From positions 21,204,001 to 21,268,000 of the forward strand of contig JBHGNT010000003.1 in assembly GCA_043228905.1 (NCBI GenBank): a stretch of 64,000 nt of DNA, read 5' to 3'. Below are positions 26,172 through 39,840 of this stretch, piece by piece (within the stretch, counting starts at the first letter, position 1; each line of letters starts with the position of its first letter). Source of the stretch: Azolla caroliniana. Lineage: Eukaryota > Plantae > Polypodiophyta. The notes under the pieces were generated by a model, which had not been told where the DNA came from, made no database searches, and saw only the letters and a list, made by a program, of their open reading frames with translations. The translations under genes and the position numbers were made by a program.

Positions 26172-26640
26172 CGTGCGTGCTTGCGTGTGCTTGGCCGCAT
26201 GCATACATAGATGGTATGTACATGTGTTTGCAAACGCACGCTGCATTCAACAACAGACACGATTTGCTAGAAAATAGTGCATGGATGTGTTTGTTTATGT
26301 TCGTATCTATATGTAGGCTCCTAGGTCACTCCGATAAGATTTAACTTACCGAAACAACCCATAGAAAGATATGAATAGAGAGAGAGAGAGAGAGGGAGAG
26401 GTTTCGGCGATAATCTTTGCCAAGTGTTCGGAGAGAAAAAAGCAAAAAGCAAAAAAACAAATGCAACTTACTGTGTTTTTTTCGTTTCTGAGCTTGACCG
26501 AAAGATTGGTTTTTTAATGAGTGGGATTGATCATTCATTCATCGGCACAACCACCACGAAGGATCAATGATGGTTCATCCATCTTCACCCCCCCCGCCCC
26601 AACCCAACAACAATGTCCAGATTGTGTTCACACGTGGGGT
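24660..26640 (+). promoter_or_regulatory. GID1 upstream region with G-box/ABRE-like motifs and CT, CA and poly-C/G tracts
   Basis: CACGTG at ~24666, ~24744 (CACGTGGC), ~25467 and ~26631; (CT)n 25252-25303; C-run ~25000-25023. Function not demonstrable from sequence. Confidence 0.35.
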
Positions 26641-26815
26641 AGACTTTTGTCCGGACAAAAGAAGACACTGTCTCCCCTGTTTGTCGTCTTCTCTTGTTTT
26701 GTTATCCGTTTCGACTTCTCTCTCTCTCTCTCTCCTCTTTTTCCTCTGTTTTTCCTTTGTGCTTGTCTTTCTCTTTCTTTTCCTCGTGTTCCTTCTTCCT
26801 GTATGATCTGTTTCC

Positions 26816-29033
26816 ATGGCTACCGAAGAAACTTCTTCTTCATCTGATTCCAAGGTAAAAATCTCCCCCCCTCTCCCTCTCCCTCTCCCCCTCTACTCTT
26901 AACAAATCTTTGCAAAGCTCTGTCCCGCCTTTTGTTATTTCTGACCGTGCTTCTCTCTAATCGGGGTGCCCTTGTGGATGGTGTTATGTATTAGCTACAA
27001 TAAAGGATCTAGAAATTCTGTGTTTCTATATTATTTTTAACACGGTGTTGCAACCGGATTTACTTTAGGATCCATCCATCCCGTGGATCAGTCAGCCTTT
27101 TTGATCCTCTTATGTATATGTGTACATGGTGGAAAAATGTAATGTTTCTTTGATTTGTAGAGCTAGTGCCAAAAAATTAGGGTTTCTGTGACTGATAGAT
27201 ATGGTTGCAGTTTATTTAGATAGGAAAAGAACAATTAAACATTTTTTTCCGGTCTCTCGAGATGTAAATTTTGGTGCCCAAATTAGGGTTCCATAACTAA
27301 TAGACATGGTGCCAAACATTTCGGGATTCTCTAGAAAAATAAGCCTCTTTTGGGTTCCCTCTATGTGTACTCTATGTATACATGGTATCAAAACTATGGA
27401 TTTGAAATCTCCCCTGATATGTATAGGCTTCTGGAATATGTGGATAGGATCCCGGAATATCGTCTTGATATGTGAATTGTCTGTCAAGTCTAGAGTTTCT
27501 GAGTTAATGCTAGGAAATATGGATATTATTGTGCCAAAATTAGGGTTCTATTGCTAATGTAATCCAAAATATTATGTTGTGCCAAATTAGGGTCTATGTG
27601 GATTGAAAAAACAGACCTCTGTTTTCCTTATGACATGGTTATGGTGATTCTCAATGCTATTGGGGATGGCTTCATGACACCTGGAATTAAAGGCTTTAAT
27701 GGAATTTTGACAAAAACATTCCAAGATTTTTCTTGGAAGTATTATTGAAAGTAAAGAAGCTGAAAATGTTACGGGAATTGGCAGACATTTTGCTATATTT
27801 TTTCTGGGTTTCAATGCGATGCAACATTTCGGATGATTAGCCATCTCTTTCTGTACTTTCTATACATTTTCTTAGGGCTTGGTGAGATAGAAAATAATAA
27901 TAATTTGCCGAAGAGCGAGTAATTGGGGGTTCCTTAACATGCCTTTTTTCTTTGGTCTTTTGTACTTGGAAAGTTGGATTTGCTTGATGTGGCTTCATTC
28001 TTCTTACAAGGCAAGATCATCTGTCTTTCCGATTTGTATGTAGGGTGTTGTTCCCCTTACCACATGGGTGCTCATCTCCAACTTCAAGGTAGCATACAAT
28101 CTTCTCCGGAGGCCGGACGGGTCCTTCAATCGCCACCTGGCAGAGTTCCTCGACCGGAAGGTTCCGGCCAATGCCACTCCCGTCGATGGCGTTGCCAGTG
28201 TCGATGTCATAATCGACCGAGGCACGGGACTATGGGGAAGGATCTTCTGGTCTTTAGAACCGCCTTCCACACAAGAGAATGTGCAAAGAAGTAGTAGCGA
28301 TCCCAAGCCTTTGCTTCTATATTTCCATGGGGGAAGCTTTGTGCACTCGTCGGCCAATAGCGCGATCTACGACGCGATGTGCCGGAGATTGGCGCATCTG
28401 TGTGGTTGCGTGGTGTTATCTGTAAACTTCCGGAGGGCTCCGGAGCATCGGTACCCTGTGCCTTATATGGATGGTGTAGCTTGTGTCCGGTGGGCAAAAA
28501 GTGTGGTCGGGAGGCAATACTTACACCAATTGGATTGTAACCCCGACCGATGCTTCCTCGCGGGAGACAGCTCGGGAGGGAATATAGCACACCATGTGGC
28601 CCTCATGGCCACCCATGTCGGCATCCATCTCTCGGGGACGGTGCTTCTCATGCCTATGTTTGGCGGAGAAGAAAGAACCCCTGCCGAAAGGCTGCTGGAT
28701 GGCAAATACTTTGTTACCATGAAAGATAGAGACTGGTATTGGAGAGCTTTTCTACCCGTAGGAGCCGATAGAGAGCATCCCGCGTGTAATCCGTTCTCCG
28801 CAGCTGCACCCTCATTAGCCGATGTGAATATTCCCCCGTGTCTTGTTGTTGTCGGGGGCTTTGATATTCTTCAAGACTGGCAATTCAAGTTCGTACACTC
28901 GATGGAAAAGGCAGGCAAACCCATACGGCTTTTGTTCTTGGAGCAAGCCACGATGGGCTTCTTCTTGCTTCCCAATACGGAGCTCTTCTATACCCTTGTT
29001 GAGAACCTCGTGAAGTTCCTTCATGAATTGTGA
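26816..29033 (+). CDS. GID1: Gibberellin receptor GID1 (342 aa); exons 26816-26854 and 28044-29033
   Basis: Short exon 1 MATEETSSSSDSK|GT, intron ends TGTAG. Exon 2 reads GVVPLTTWVLISNFKVAYNLLRRPDG..NRHLAEFLDRKV (lid), FHGGSFVHSS, GDSSGGNI, KYFVT..DRDWYW, REHPACNPF. The catalytic His is replaced (ATMGF). Typical 2-exon GID1 structure. Confidence 0.97.
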
Positions 29034-32000
29034 AGCCATTCGGGGAGGCGGGGTATGGCTTATCACATGATTTTCATATACTCTGCTGGTAAGAGCGAGG
29101 AAAAATATGTATTACTCATTTGGGCTCTTTGCCCCCCTCTTTTCCCCCTTTTTTCTTGTTATTTTTCCTTCAAAAAAGAAATGTTTCATAGTGCTTGCAC
29201 ACAACAACCTCACAACATTGTATACTCAAGGGCAGCTTTTACCCATCCACTTGGCTTTAAGGCTACACAAGTGGGTCTGTAAAGGGTTGCCGTAATTCGG
29301 GTTTAATTTTCTGACCCACCACATCTCTCTCTCTCTCTCTCTCTCTGTGATTCAAGCCTTGTACTGGGCTTATACCTTGGATGTGCCTTGCCAAAGAATG
29401 GTGCCGACCATCTCAAAAGTGTTTAAAATATCATGTATATTTGGAAATTGGAAGAAGAAATTTCAAGGATTCTTGTTGTTCAATATTGTGTTAGGCTCTA
29501 CATGGTATTTTATTTCTTAATTGACCACTTTTGATGGTGTTTTTTCTCTTTAGAGTTACGAAGTGTTGCTTTTATTTGTCTTGTCGTTACGTGGAAACTT
29601 AGAAGTGAGGAATCGCTTGCAAGAGAGATTGATATGGTGTTTGTGATTGGGTTGTAGGAAAACCATGTTTTGTCGAGACAATCTCATTGAGATCGGTGCA
29701 TAATCTTTTTGCTGGAAATAATCCATTCAAAGAGTCTATAATAGTAATGCTTTTTTAGTTGGATTAGTCCCAACAAAGACATGATAAAAGTGTGTAGTCT
29801 ATGCCGTAGAAGGGACTAGTGTTAGAAGTGAATATTTTGGTTTTCCAAGATTGGCTCATTGGACTCATGAGTCATGACATGTTATTGATGCTAGCAAAGC
29901 ATTATTATACACTAGGACAATAGTGTTATATAATATAAATGGTTTTTTTGGTTCGTTGTAAATGGACTATGAGTCATTTGAGATATGCAATGAAGGGACT
30001 AGAACTACCATTGGTTCTCCATTGCAAACACTTTATTATGAAAAGATGAAAGTGTGGCAATTGACGTGAATGGTTATGGAAGTGACGCAATGCAAAAAGT
30101 GCATGGTTATACACTTTATCGAGTGAAATCATACTATAAATGGTATGGTACTAGCTGGAGCCAGAGATTTGAGACATGCATAGGAAGCAAGAGTACTTAA
30201 AATTTTAAGTTGCATAATTTGATCAAAAGGTGGAAAGAATTTGTAGTAACAAATACATCAATATTGTGTAATGATAGGAAAAGCATCATAAGGAGCTTAG
30301 TACTAGAAGTAGACAAGTTGCTTTGAAATGTGTACAATGTCTAGTCCAAGTGAACACTATAGATAAGGGTTGCTTTGAATATAAAAAGACCTCGAACAAA
30401 TGTGGCTAGAAGACTTTGAATGGTTTTTTGTTTTTAATTCTACTCCTTGGGGATAAAATTATCTCGTTAAACTTTATCCCTTTAACACAATGCTCATTAC
30501 ATCCAAGGCATGATGCATAATTTTCATAGGATGAACATTGAGCAATAATAAAATAACTATATTGTTGTGTATATGTGAAACTGTTGAGAAAACTACTTTT
30601 GATTATTATTTTTTCATTTTAATAATTTCAATTGCAAGGTTCTTTGGTTGAAGTACATTTGTAGTTTGAGGAGAAGGTTCTCCAATGTTATAACTCCTCT
30701 TTGAGCCAATGTTTGTTCAATGTGGCGTTTTCTAGGATACTATTTCAAAGACACACATTGTTGATTCAATGGAAAGTAAAGTCAATCCAATACTCATTTG
30801 GCTCCACAATGTTTCTAAATCTTTTGTTTGTTTCTATCTTTTTGCGAGGATCTCAAATCTTTATTTTGCAAGCTAAACATCAAAATCTCGCGATTTTTTC
30901 CAAAGACTAGTTGGGGATCAGAATTCATTCCTCCTCATCAAGCATTGAATATGTTTAGTTTTTGGATCTTCTATTTGTTAGCATTCATATGAAAAACTTG
31001 AATACGTTAGGTAATAGCCAATGCACGGATTTAATGTTTGATCCCTCAAAACTTTGAGACAAGTTGTAAACTTATCTTTTTTTTATGCCCATGCAGATTT
31101 GAAACGTTATTATTGGCCACAAAAAATTTGGGGTCGGGAAGTTTCAAGTATAGATTCCAAACGTATCTTCATGGACCTCTAAAAAGGCAATAAACATTAC
31201 AAGAACATGGCTCAAACTTTTAAGAACATATGGGTTATCAATGGCTTATACCATTCCTCAACATACGATTTCATATTGTTTGTTTCATTCACTAATCTCA
31301 CATCTTACAATTTCTTAGCAATAATCAACTTAGCCGTTTAAGATATGAGTTGGGTATGGGGAATCACAAAAGCAATTCAAGATATGCAATTGAAAACATG
31401 TTGCATTTCTTCAACCACAAAGTAATGCTACGTACATTAGCAATAGCGCATATTGCTCTGACATATGCTACAACCTACAATTGACACGTTCTATCTATTA
31501 TTGATATTGTATCAATTCTAGGTAAAATTTATATTGACTATGAGCATTTATCTTTTTGCATGCTTGTTTTCAACCAACAAAGAATGTGCGTGCTTTTACA
31601 ATTGATATGCAAGATGGAAAATGATGTTACACAATGCATAATTTAGAAATTATCGTCCACTATTTAGAAATTGGCACTTACAATCTTGGATTCTTTAATT
31701 TAACAATCACTTCACCAAAAACATACACAAAGCACAACATGACACATTACGTGGCACAATCAAGATGTGCATTCAATAATGCCCCATGATGAAATGACTT
31801 CAATTACTAAATAAAATTAGACGAGATAGATTAACCAATAGAACATTTGGAACACTTTGCGTAGGTAATCCACATTTGTTGTATCTTTCCTTATCCTTGT
31901 TTATGCATAAACAATGTAAACTTTGGGACACCTTGCATAGGTAATCCAAATTTGTTGTATCTTTCCTTGTCCTTGTTTATGCATAAACTTAATTGGTATG

Positions 32001-33591
32001 ATTTTTTGTGTCCATGTCATGGACTATTGGAAGACAATCTAACTGCAAGTGAATACATTTTCTGGCAAAGATAGAGCTCGTATTGGGAAGAATTTGCAAA
32101 GGTTTATGATGTATGATTTATCTTCAATGTTAACATAATTCTCTGCAAATTTTCAGATTTCCTTTAAACACGAGAGATGTCATGTACCATGGAATTCAAT
32201 TCATAATGTTACCCTATCACCCAAACCTTGGATTAGGCAATTGTCATAACTTCTTGACATGTACTTGTGCATCTTACTCATCATAATGGTTGACAAGGCT
32301 AAATTTTGCATCACCACTTGTAGGATTATAGCCATGAAAATTTTCTTGCAAGGTTTACAATCAAGTTGCGTTGAAGCTATGGACGGTTGACATTGAACCA
32401 ATACCATTTCCATTATCATCTCATGCTCATAGGCAACTCTTTGTCATAGTTGTGTTAGACACACTCTATGCCAAGTTCTTATAGTGACGCTTCATTTATT
32501 GTCATTGCATAGACGACACAATCTAGCAGCTTTGCTTTGCTTTGCAACAACTATCCAATGTTGAAGACCCTTATGCATGGGCCGCGTGCGAGGAAGAAGA
32601 TAGGATGTCTTTACGAGGCGATGGATGCAATGTCAACAACCTCTATTTACTGAAGGTTGTGACACCACATATGCATGTGTAAATTTGGCATACCACAAAT
32701 GGTGAGGATTTTTTGGTTCCTACCCGCTCGACTGAAAGGTCAAATGTGGCAATGGTGGCCAACTATAGAAGAATAACATGTCAAAATGATGGACATGGCC
32801 GCCATACACATAGACATATACATATACATATACAAATAGAACATGTAAAGAATCGGGTATGATTCTTGTGTAGCGGAAGAGATATGTGTTATGTGTTTGT
32901 CTGAGAGGAAAGAGAGAAGAGAAGAGAAACACAAGATAGATTAGATAGAATGGGAACACAATTAAGTACTGAATAAGAAGATGTATATTCACAAGCAAAG
33001 TAAGAGATACAAAAAATGTAGCATTACAAGGAGTCACAACCGACTTAGTATGAAGTAGGAGAAGGGTGCTTTACATAAGGCCACCCTCTCTCTTCATTAA
33101 CTCACTACAACAACAACTCTCTCTTGGGGAATGTGAAGACTCATAGTCATGGGGAATATGTAACTCATTAGTTATGTGTAATAGAATATGATTCTATGAC
33201 ACATTGTTAATGTGTAGAGAGTAATGGTGTGACTCTTGACCTTTGAGTAATCATAGATTTTCAAAAGGTGTGTTCACACGATGCACTATGTTGAGCTTGA
33301 TTCTCAACACGCCCCCTCAAGCTCAACTCGGGTCGGTTCCTTTCGGTTGATGTCCGTTTCAGTTGGTATCCGGTTTGGACAATCTCTGGTGTTCGCTTCA
33401 GCTTGTACACGGTTAAGACGGTATGCGGTTCTCTCTTGTACTCCCCCTCAAGCTTGACAAGTCAGGGATCGTCAATCCAAGGTCTAACATGCATTGTCGA
33501 AGCTTGTCGGCTCCTAGGGCTTTGGTGAAGTTGTCGGTTGTCTGAAGATTCGTGTTGATGTGTTGACGATCGACATCTCCGACCTGAACGT

Positions 33592-34287
33592 TGTCGTAGT
33601 GTATTTCGTACACTATGTGAAAATAATATAAAATAATCGATTGAATAAATATGAAGAAAAAAGAAGAAAAAAGAAGAAAATATCAAAATAAGCATTACAT
33701 GCATAGGGCAAGATTTGAACCTTGCACCTCCATGTTAATAATGTAATGTCTTACCGTTGCACTAGCATTTCATTAGTGTTAAAAAGTAGATGTTCCACAT
33801 ATACAGCTTAGTTCACCTAGGATAAACTTTAGTTAAAAGAAAAGGCATGCTAAAAGAAAAGGCTACGCATGCACATCTAGCGTGCATGAACACTATAGTT
33901 GATAAAAAAAAACGCACAAGTTAGAAAAAGCATGATCACTTTAGATAAAGCATATAGTCTATCTATGGGAAAAGCATGGAGTCTATGGTTAGAGAAGAAA
34001 AAGCATGGATTGCTAAGACTCCCTCATCACTACATAAGGATATAGCAATACTTGGAATGGGGGGGGGGTGTGAAATACTTGGAAATTGGATATATTTCCG
34101 AAAACACCAACCAATTAATATAATCGTGGGATTCACAAAAATAATATAATCTGTACTTGTGGGATTCGCAAGTTTATAATAATCTATTCATAATTAAAAT
34201 CGTCTCAAATTCTTCCTCTTCCTAGTCCAAAACCCCAGCGGTTCCCACCCGACTCACGCAAACGATCTGGCGCCAAAAGGCACGACA
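33592..34287 (+). mobile_element. Solo LTR, family B (696 bp), inserted in copia 2 RNase H
   Basis: TGTCGT...ACGACA termini; 4-bp TSD ACGT (33588-33591 / 34288-34291); removal restores HFIREHVQVG. Confidence 0.9.
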
Positions 34288-35406
34288 ACGTGCTCTCGAA
34301 TGAAGTGATAGTGCACTTCAATATGCTTTGTGCGTGCGTGGAACACTGGGTTCCGAGCCAGATGGATACTGCTCATGTTGTCACAGTAAAGGGGAGTCGA
34401 ATCCTTGATGGGAACGCTTAGATCCTTCAAAATCCTCTTGAGCCATACGGCTTCACATGCAGCCACGAATGCGCCCTTGTATTCGGCCTTCATACTCGAA
34501 AGAGCGACGGTCGATTACTTCTTGCTACTCCATGAAATCGCTCCGCTGCCAAGGGAGAAGACAACACCAGAGGTTGATCATCAATCGACTTTGTAGCCTG
34601 CCCAGTCGACATCTGTGTACCCTTCGAGTCGAATTGGTGTCGCCAATTTGTAGAGAATGTCGTAATCCATTGTGCCGCTCACGTATCATAATACTCGCTT
34701 AGCATAATCAAAATGGCTATCTCGCGGAGTTCGCATGAATTGGCTAAGGAGTCTGATTGGATAGCTAAGGTCGGGTCGAGTGATCGTGAGATAGATGAGG
34801 TTCTCGATTAGTTGACGATATTGAGTCGGCTTGCACTCGTTTGCATCAGAATTGACATCTAGTTTGAGGTTTTGATTGAGGGGGGTTGCCACAGATTTAC
34901 ACTCAGCCATCCCGAACTTGTATAACAAGTAAAGGATGTAGTGTCGTTGAGAGATCATAATGCCGACCGGAATCTGAATTACTTCGATTCCAAGGAAGTA
35001 ATGGAGCTCCTTCATGTTCGTCATCTCGAATTTTTCGGAGAGGAGGGACTTGACCTTGTTGATGTCGACTAAATGCTCACCTCCAATAACCAGATCATCC
35101 ACACATAGAATGATGACAATCGGGCTTTTAGAGTCGTTTTGTACGTTGTCGTGTGGTTCTTCACACACAATATGAAAACTAGTAAAATAATTATTTAATA
35201 TTAGCTTAATGGGTTAATATGGAAAGATTGATGTCTTCAAGAACTTCCGAACACATTTTACGACACATCAAACATACAACTAAGTATCAAGTTATGTAAG
35301 TATAAAGTTTGAGAAGATTTAGAAAACAAAACTAGGAGATGATATCCCACATAGACAGGACAACAATGGATCCCACAATATATAAGGAAAGCCAAAACAT
35401 ATTACT

Positions 35407-38400
35407 CATAGATTGACCCATGTGTGATATGCATGGTATTTGACATCCGCAATATTCGTAATATTCGAGAATATAAAATTGCTCCAATAATATTATAAAA
35501 CCATTCGTTTATGGAAGATAAATTTACATAATAAAAAGTATTCAAATCACTTAAAAAAAAAAGGAAAAATCACCAATTAATAGAAAACTGGAAGGTCTTC
35601 AAAATCACACTAACATAAGAAAGAAAAGTTTTAATTAAAGCGATTATGAGCCGTTATATTCTAATTTCTAAGTTCTAGGTTCTAACTTCTAAGTAATGCT
35701 TCGAGATTTAAGAGTCTATGCACTATCACATTCATCATCCGTATCTTCAAGCTAATCCCTAATGTCCTTATGAGCTTCATTTTCATCAATAGCCTGATTT
35801 TGCATTCTCAAAAGTCTCTCATCATCTTCTTCTTTGTTGATCATATCTAATGTTGCTTCAATTAGGCATAATCCCCTTTCCTTTATTCTTCTAATGAGAC
35901 AATGATTTGTATGTATATAAACCAATTTCTCAACATGAGCACGAGTCAATCTATTTCTTTTTTTTTGTATGTATCGATGAGAATGTACTCCAATTTCTTT
36001 CACAAGAAGATGCACATGAACCTTGAGAAAGCACACGAATTGCAAGCCTTTTTAAGTTTGGAGTGCTTGCTCCAAATGTTTCCCACCACTTTTATCACCA
36101 TTAGTATACCGCATAATAGTTTCCATCCAACTTGTATTCAGCTTCTCATCAATATCTTGAATTTTTTCTCTCCAAATTGGATGCAAAATAAAGCAGTTGC
36201 ATGCAATGGTGAATGTAACATTATCCATCTTTGCATACATATTCCCCGAATTTCATTAAGCAATAAACGATCTACATCTTCAATGTGGTTTATTTCTTTT
36301 ATCATACGATGAGTACATTCATAAATTAAACCCATGGTTGTACCTTCTCTATCTGCCAATCTAAGAACTTTTAGGATAGGCTTGCATATCTTTACGATCT
36401 TCTTTATATTTGCCCAAAAAGAAGCATCAAGTATAATTGAAACTATTTCTTCTCCTAGTTGTGTTTTTGATCCTTTCCATTGACACCATTGTTCACTAAC
36501 CACCATTCTTCTTAATCCACCTTTGACTCTGTCATCCAATAAGTTTGACAACATGATAAAACTATAGGCAAATCTAGTAGTGGAAGGCTTTAACAATTCT
36601 TTCTCACTAAACTTACGAAACATTGCCAAAGAATATTGTTTTCGTGTAATAAACACGATTACCTTTGTAGCTAATTTCAAAACATCATGAACCCAAGCAC
36701 ATTTTCCAATATCTTCAAACAACAAATCGATGTAATGACATGTGCATCTGGTAAAAAAGATCATGGGCCACTCTTTATTTATCATCCTCCCAGCTACTAC
36801 ACAATTAGTTGCATTGTCCATACAAACTTGCACAACATTTGATGGGCCAATATCAAGAATAACATCCTTTAAAATCTTAAAGATATACTCTCCCGATTTA
36901 TATTCTCCACTAGTGTCAACTGATTTCAGAAACACAGTGCCATACGCAGAAGTAGCCATGACATTAATTATTGGTCTATTCTTGGTATCTGACCAACCAT
37001 CGCTCACAACAATGCATCCAATAGTTTTCCATTTTTCTCTAATTTGCATAATCTCATTTTCAACATATTTCACCTCTTCATTCAAGTGCCTTTTGCGCAA
37101 TTGATAAGGAGATGGTGGCTCATAAGACGGCCCAGCAAGTGCCACAACTTTTATTAATTCACGGAAATATGTACTTCCCACTTTTACATCCGGTATATCC
37201 TCTACAAAAAGAAACCTCTTGATTGCTTCATCAGCATTTTTATCAAGTTGCTTTTGCCATAACATCTTCAAAGGTTCAACATTGTCTACTTTCATCTTTT
37301 TACTTGTTGATGCATTACCAAACGATGATGAAGACATTTCATTGATAGATGTTGATTCCACATTCATATCAACATTTGTGCTACAATTTTCAACATTGCA
37401 TTCCATTGATGACTCATCATTCATGTCAACATTTGCACAACCAGATACCATTTTTTGTACTTCAGCTTTTATAACAACATCAATTTGACGGCATTTGTCA
37501 ACACCTAAACCTTTCAAGCCCAACAAGTGAGCTCTGATTTGAAAGGGGCCACCAACAAATACACGGTGACAATGATGTCATTGAACAACAAGCATACCCT
37601 TATCATGTTTTCTCAAAACGGCCACATGATTCCATTCGAAGCTCTTTTGTTTCACCATTTAGTAAATTAACCTTCAGCTGATCCTGAAAGAGATTAATTT
37701 GATACCTAAAAATGAATTAAAACCTTTCGTATCCAAAATCTTCATTAATCCTACCTCTAATTAAAATTTATTATGATTGCATAATCCTACAATGCTAGCA
37801 TGAATAAATCACAGAGGATTGGACAACAATGAGATGAGAAGAGAGACTTAATGAGCTTTGCCAAAACCCTAATTTTTAGGGAAATTTTTTAAGAGACTTT
37901 TTGATCCAAAATCTTCATTAATCCGGCCTCTAATTAAAATCCAATTAAGTTTGGATGATCCTACAATGCCTCTAATTAAAATCTAATCTTATGATCATTG
38001 CATGAATAAATCATGGATTATTGGACAACTAAGAAGAGAGACTTATCGAGTTTTGCCCAAACCCTAATTTTCTTTATGAAATATATAGAAAGAGGTCTCA
38101 AATAGAATGCCTCCACAACCAATTTACTCGGGATACTATGACTAAATTATGCAACAAAATACACTATATTAAATGACCCAATTGATAAAAAAACCCATAG
38201 GCTATAGTATATTCATAATCCATGCAATTATTTTCAATATGTTTTCATCACCATAGCTCCTAACATCTTCATATTCCATGGAGTTATTTCCATACGATCC
38301 TGATTCCTCATCATTACCAAGCATAGGTGGGGAGAAATTCATTATCTAGACACAATTATCAAAAGCAAGATATGCAACGGGGATTGATCCGAAATTGAGG

Positions 38401-38922
38401 TAACTATATAATGACCACATTTGGGCCAAACAATGAAATCTGCCATATAACTTTGAAAAAGCACAAATATAAACCCTAAATCCTAAACCACACACACAAG
38501 CATCAAGAAATACTAGTCAAATTTGAGTAGCCAAGAGACATAAGAATTTAAATAGAAGATTATTTGAAAGGAGGTTGGGACGTCAAACGTCACAAAGTAT
38601 GAGGAAATGTAGAAGAGAGACAGTCTTATCGAGTTTTGCCCGAGTTTTGCCCGAGTGTATGTCTTACGCAGGAGGAGGAAAGGACGGAGTCGAACCCTAA
38701 ATTTCGAGGAGCCGATGTTTGATGTTGTTCCCTGTTGATTGTTGATTGCTATTCCCTGCAGAGCTCTTCTCTATTCGCTACTCGTCGAATGCATTTTTTT
38801 TTAAAAAAAAATAGGGAAAAAAAGGGGGAAAAAAAGTTAACGAATATTGGAAGAAATATTCTTATACGTATTCGTTGGTATTCGTGGGGGAGGCCCCACG
38901 AGTGCGAATATCTCAATCTATG
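35407..38922 (-). mobile_element. hAT DNA transposon (3.5 kb)
   Basis: 10-bp TIR CATAGATTGA / TCAATCTATG; 8-bp TSD ATATTACT / GTATTACT (7/8 match); subterminal TATTCG repeats at both ends; internal transposase. Confidence 0.88.
35752..37658 (-). pseudogene. hAT transposase (zf-BED, DUF659 catalytic core, dimerisation domain), inactivated
   Basis: MVKQKSFEWNH..Q*HHC..AHL (BED finger with stop); IVVSDGWSD, VQVCMDNA, CTCHYIDLL, TTRFA; after frameshifts WWETFG..VLSQGSCASSCERNWS..KKRNRL. Confidence 0.92.
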
Positions 38923-39019
38923 GTATTACTTTATGTCTATGTGTGGAGCACAGAATGTTTAAGGTGACTTGAGTTGAATTGTGTGGATAAGTGGATTTAA
39001 TGATTTTGGGTCGTGGCTA

Positions 39020-39840
39020 GATTGGCCACGGTGCACGGTCACGAGCACGGTTCGGATGTTTCAGACGGCGCACGGTCACGTGCACATGCACGGTTCGGAC
39101 GAACGAACGAACGCGTGCGCACACGTGCGCGTGGACATTTCGGACCAACCCACATCTTGGCAGATCAATTGTGGGTGCACCATTTGGAAGGGACGCACGG
39201 CTCAATCGCGAGATGTGTGCACGGCTTGGTGGGTCGGTTGGGACGCAAGTACGAATCATGCACGGGCTGAACTTTATGTTGGGTCATGTGGCCAAATTTG
39301 CGGGTGCACGGTTCAGAAGGGACGCACGGCTCAATCGCAAGATGTGTGCACGGCTTGGTGGGTCGGTCATGATGCACAACTCGGGTCAGTAGGGACGCAA
39401 GTACGAATCATGCACGGGTTGAACTTTATGTTGGGTCATGTGGCCGAATTATACGGACGGTCGCATGCAACTAAAAGTAAAAGGCATGCAACTAAAAATG
39501 GAAGCAACTAAAAGTAGAGGCCATACAACTAAAAGTGGGCATGCAAAGTAAAGTTGGGGGCTATGATCAACGAGGAACTGGCTTGGCGGCTCAATCGTGG
39601 GTGCACGGTTCGGAAAGGACGCACGACTGTGGTCGGGACGATTCACGGGTTGGTCGGGACGCAAGTATGAATCATGCACAGGCTGAACTTTATGTTGGAT
39701 CATGTGGCTGAATTCTATGGACGGTCGCATGCAACTAAAAACCATGCAATTAAAAAGGGAAGCAACTAAAAGTAGAGGCCATGCAACTAAAAGTGGGCAT
39801 GCAAAGTAAAGTTGGGGGCTATGATCAACGAGGAACTCCG
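39020..39840 (+). repeat. GC-rich complex tandem repeats inside the family C LTR
   Basis: GGGACGCAAGTACGAATCATGCACGGG..TTTATGTTGGGTCATGTGGC three times (~39240, ~39392, ~39656); CATGCAACTAAAA repeats; ~110-bp duplication 39464-39580 / 39728-39838. Confidence 0.85.

Noticed and set aside
29800-30650. Second, older hAT transposase remnant
   Set aside because: Only faint resemblance (VNTIDKG; HYIQGM..HRMN) across broken frames; insufficient to call.
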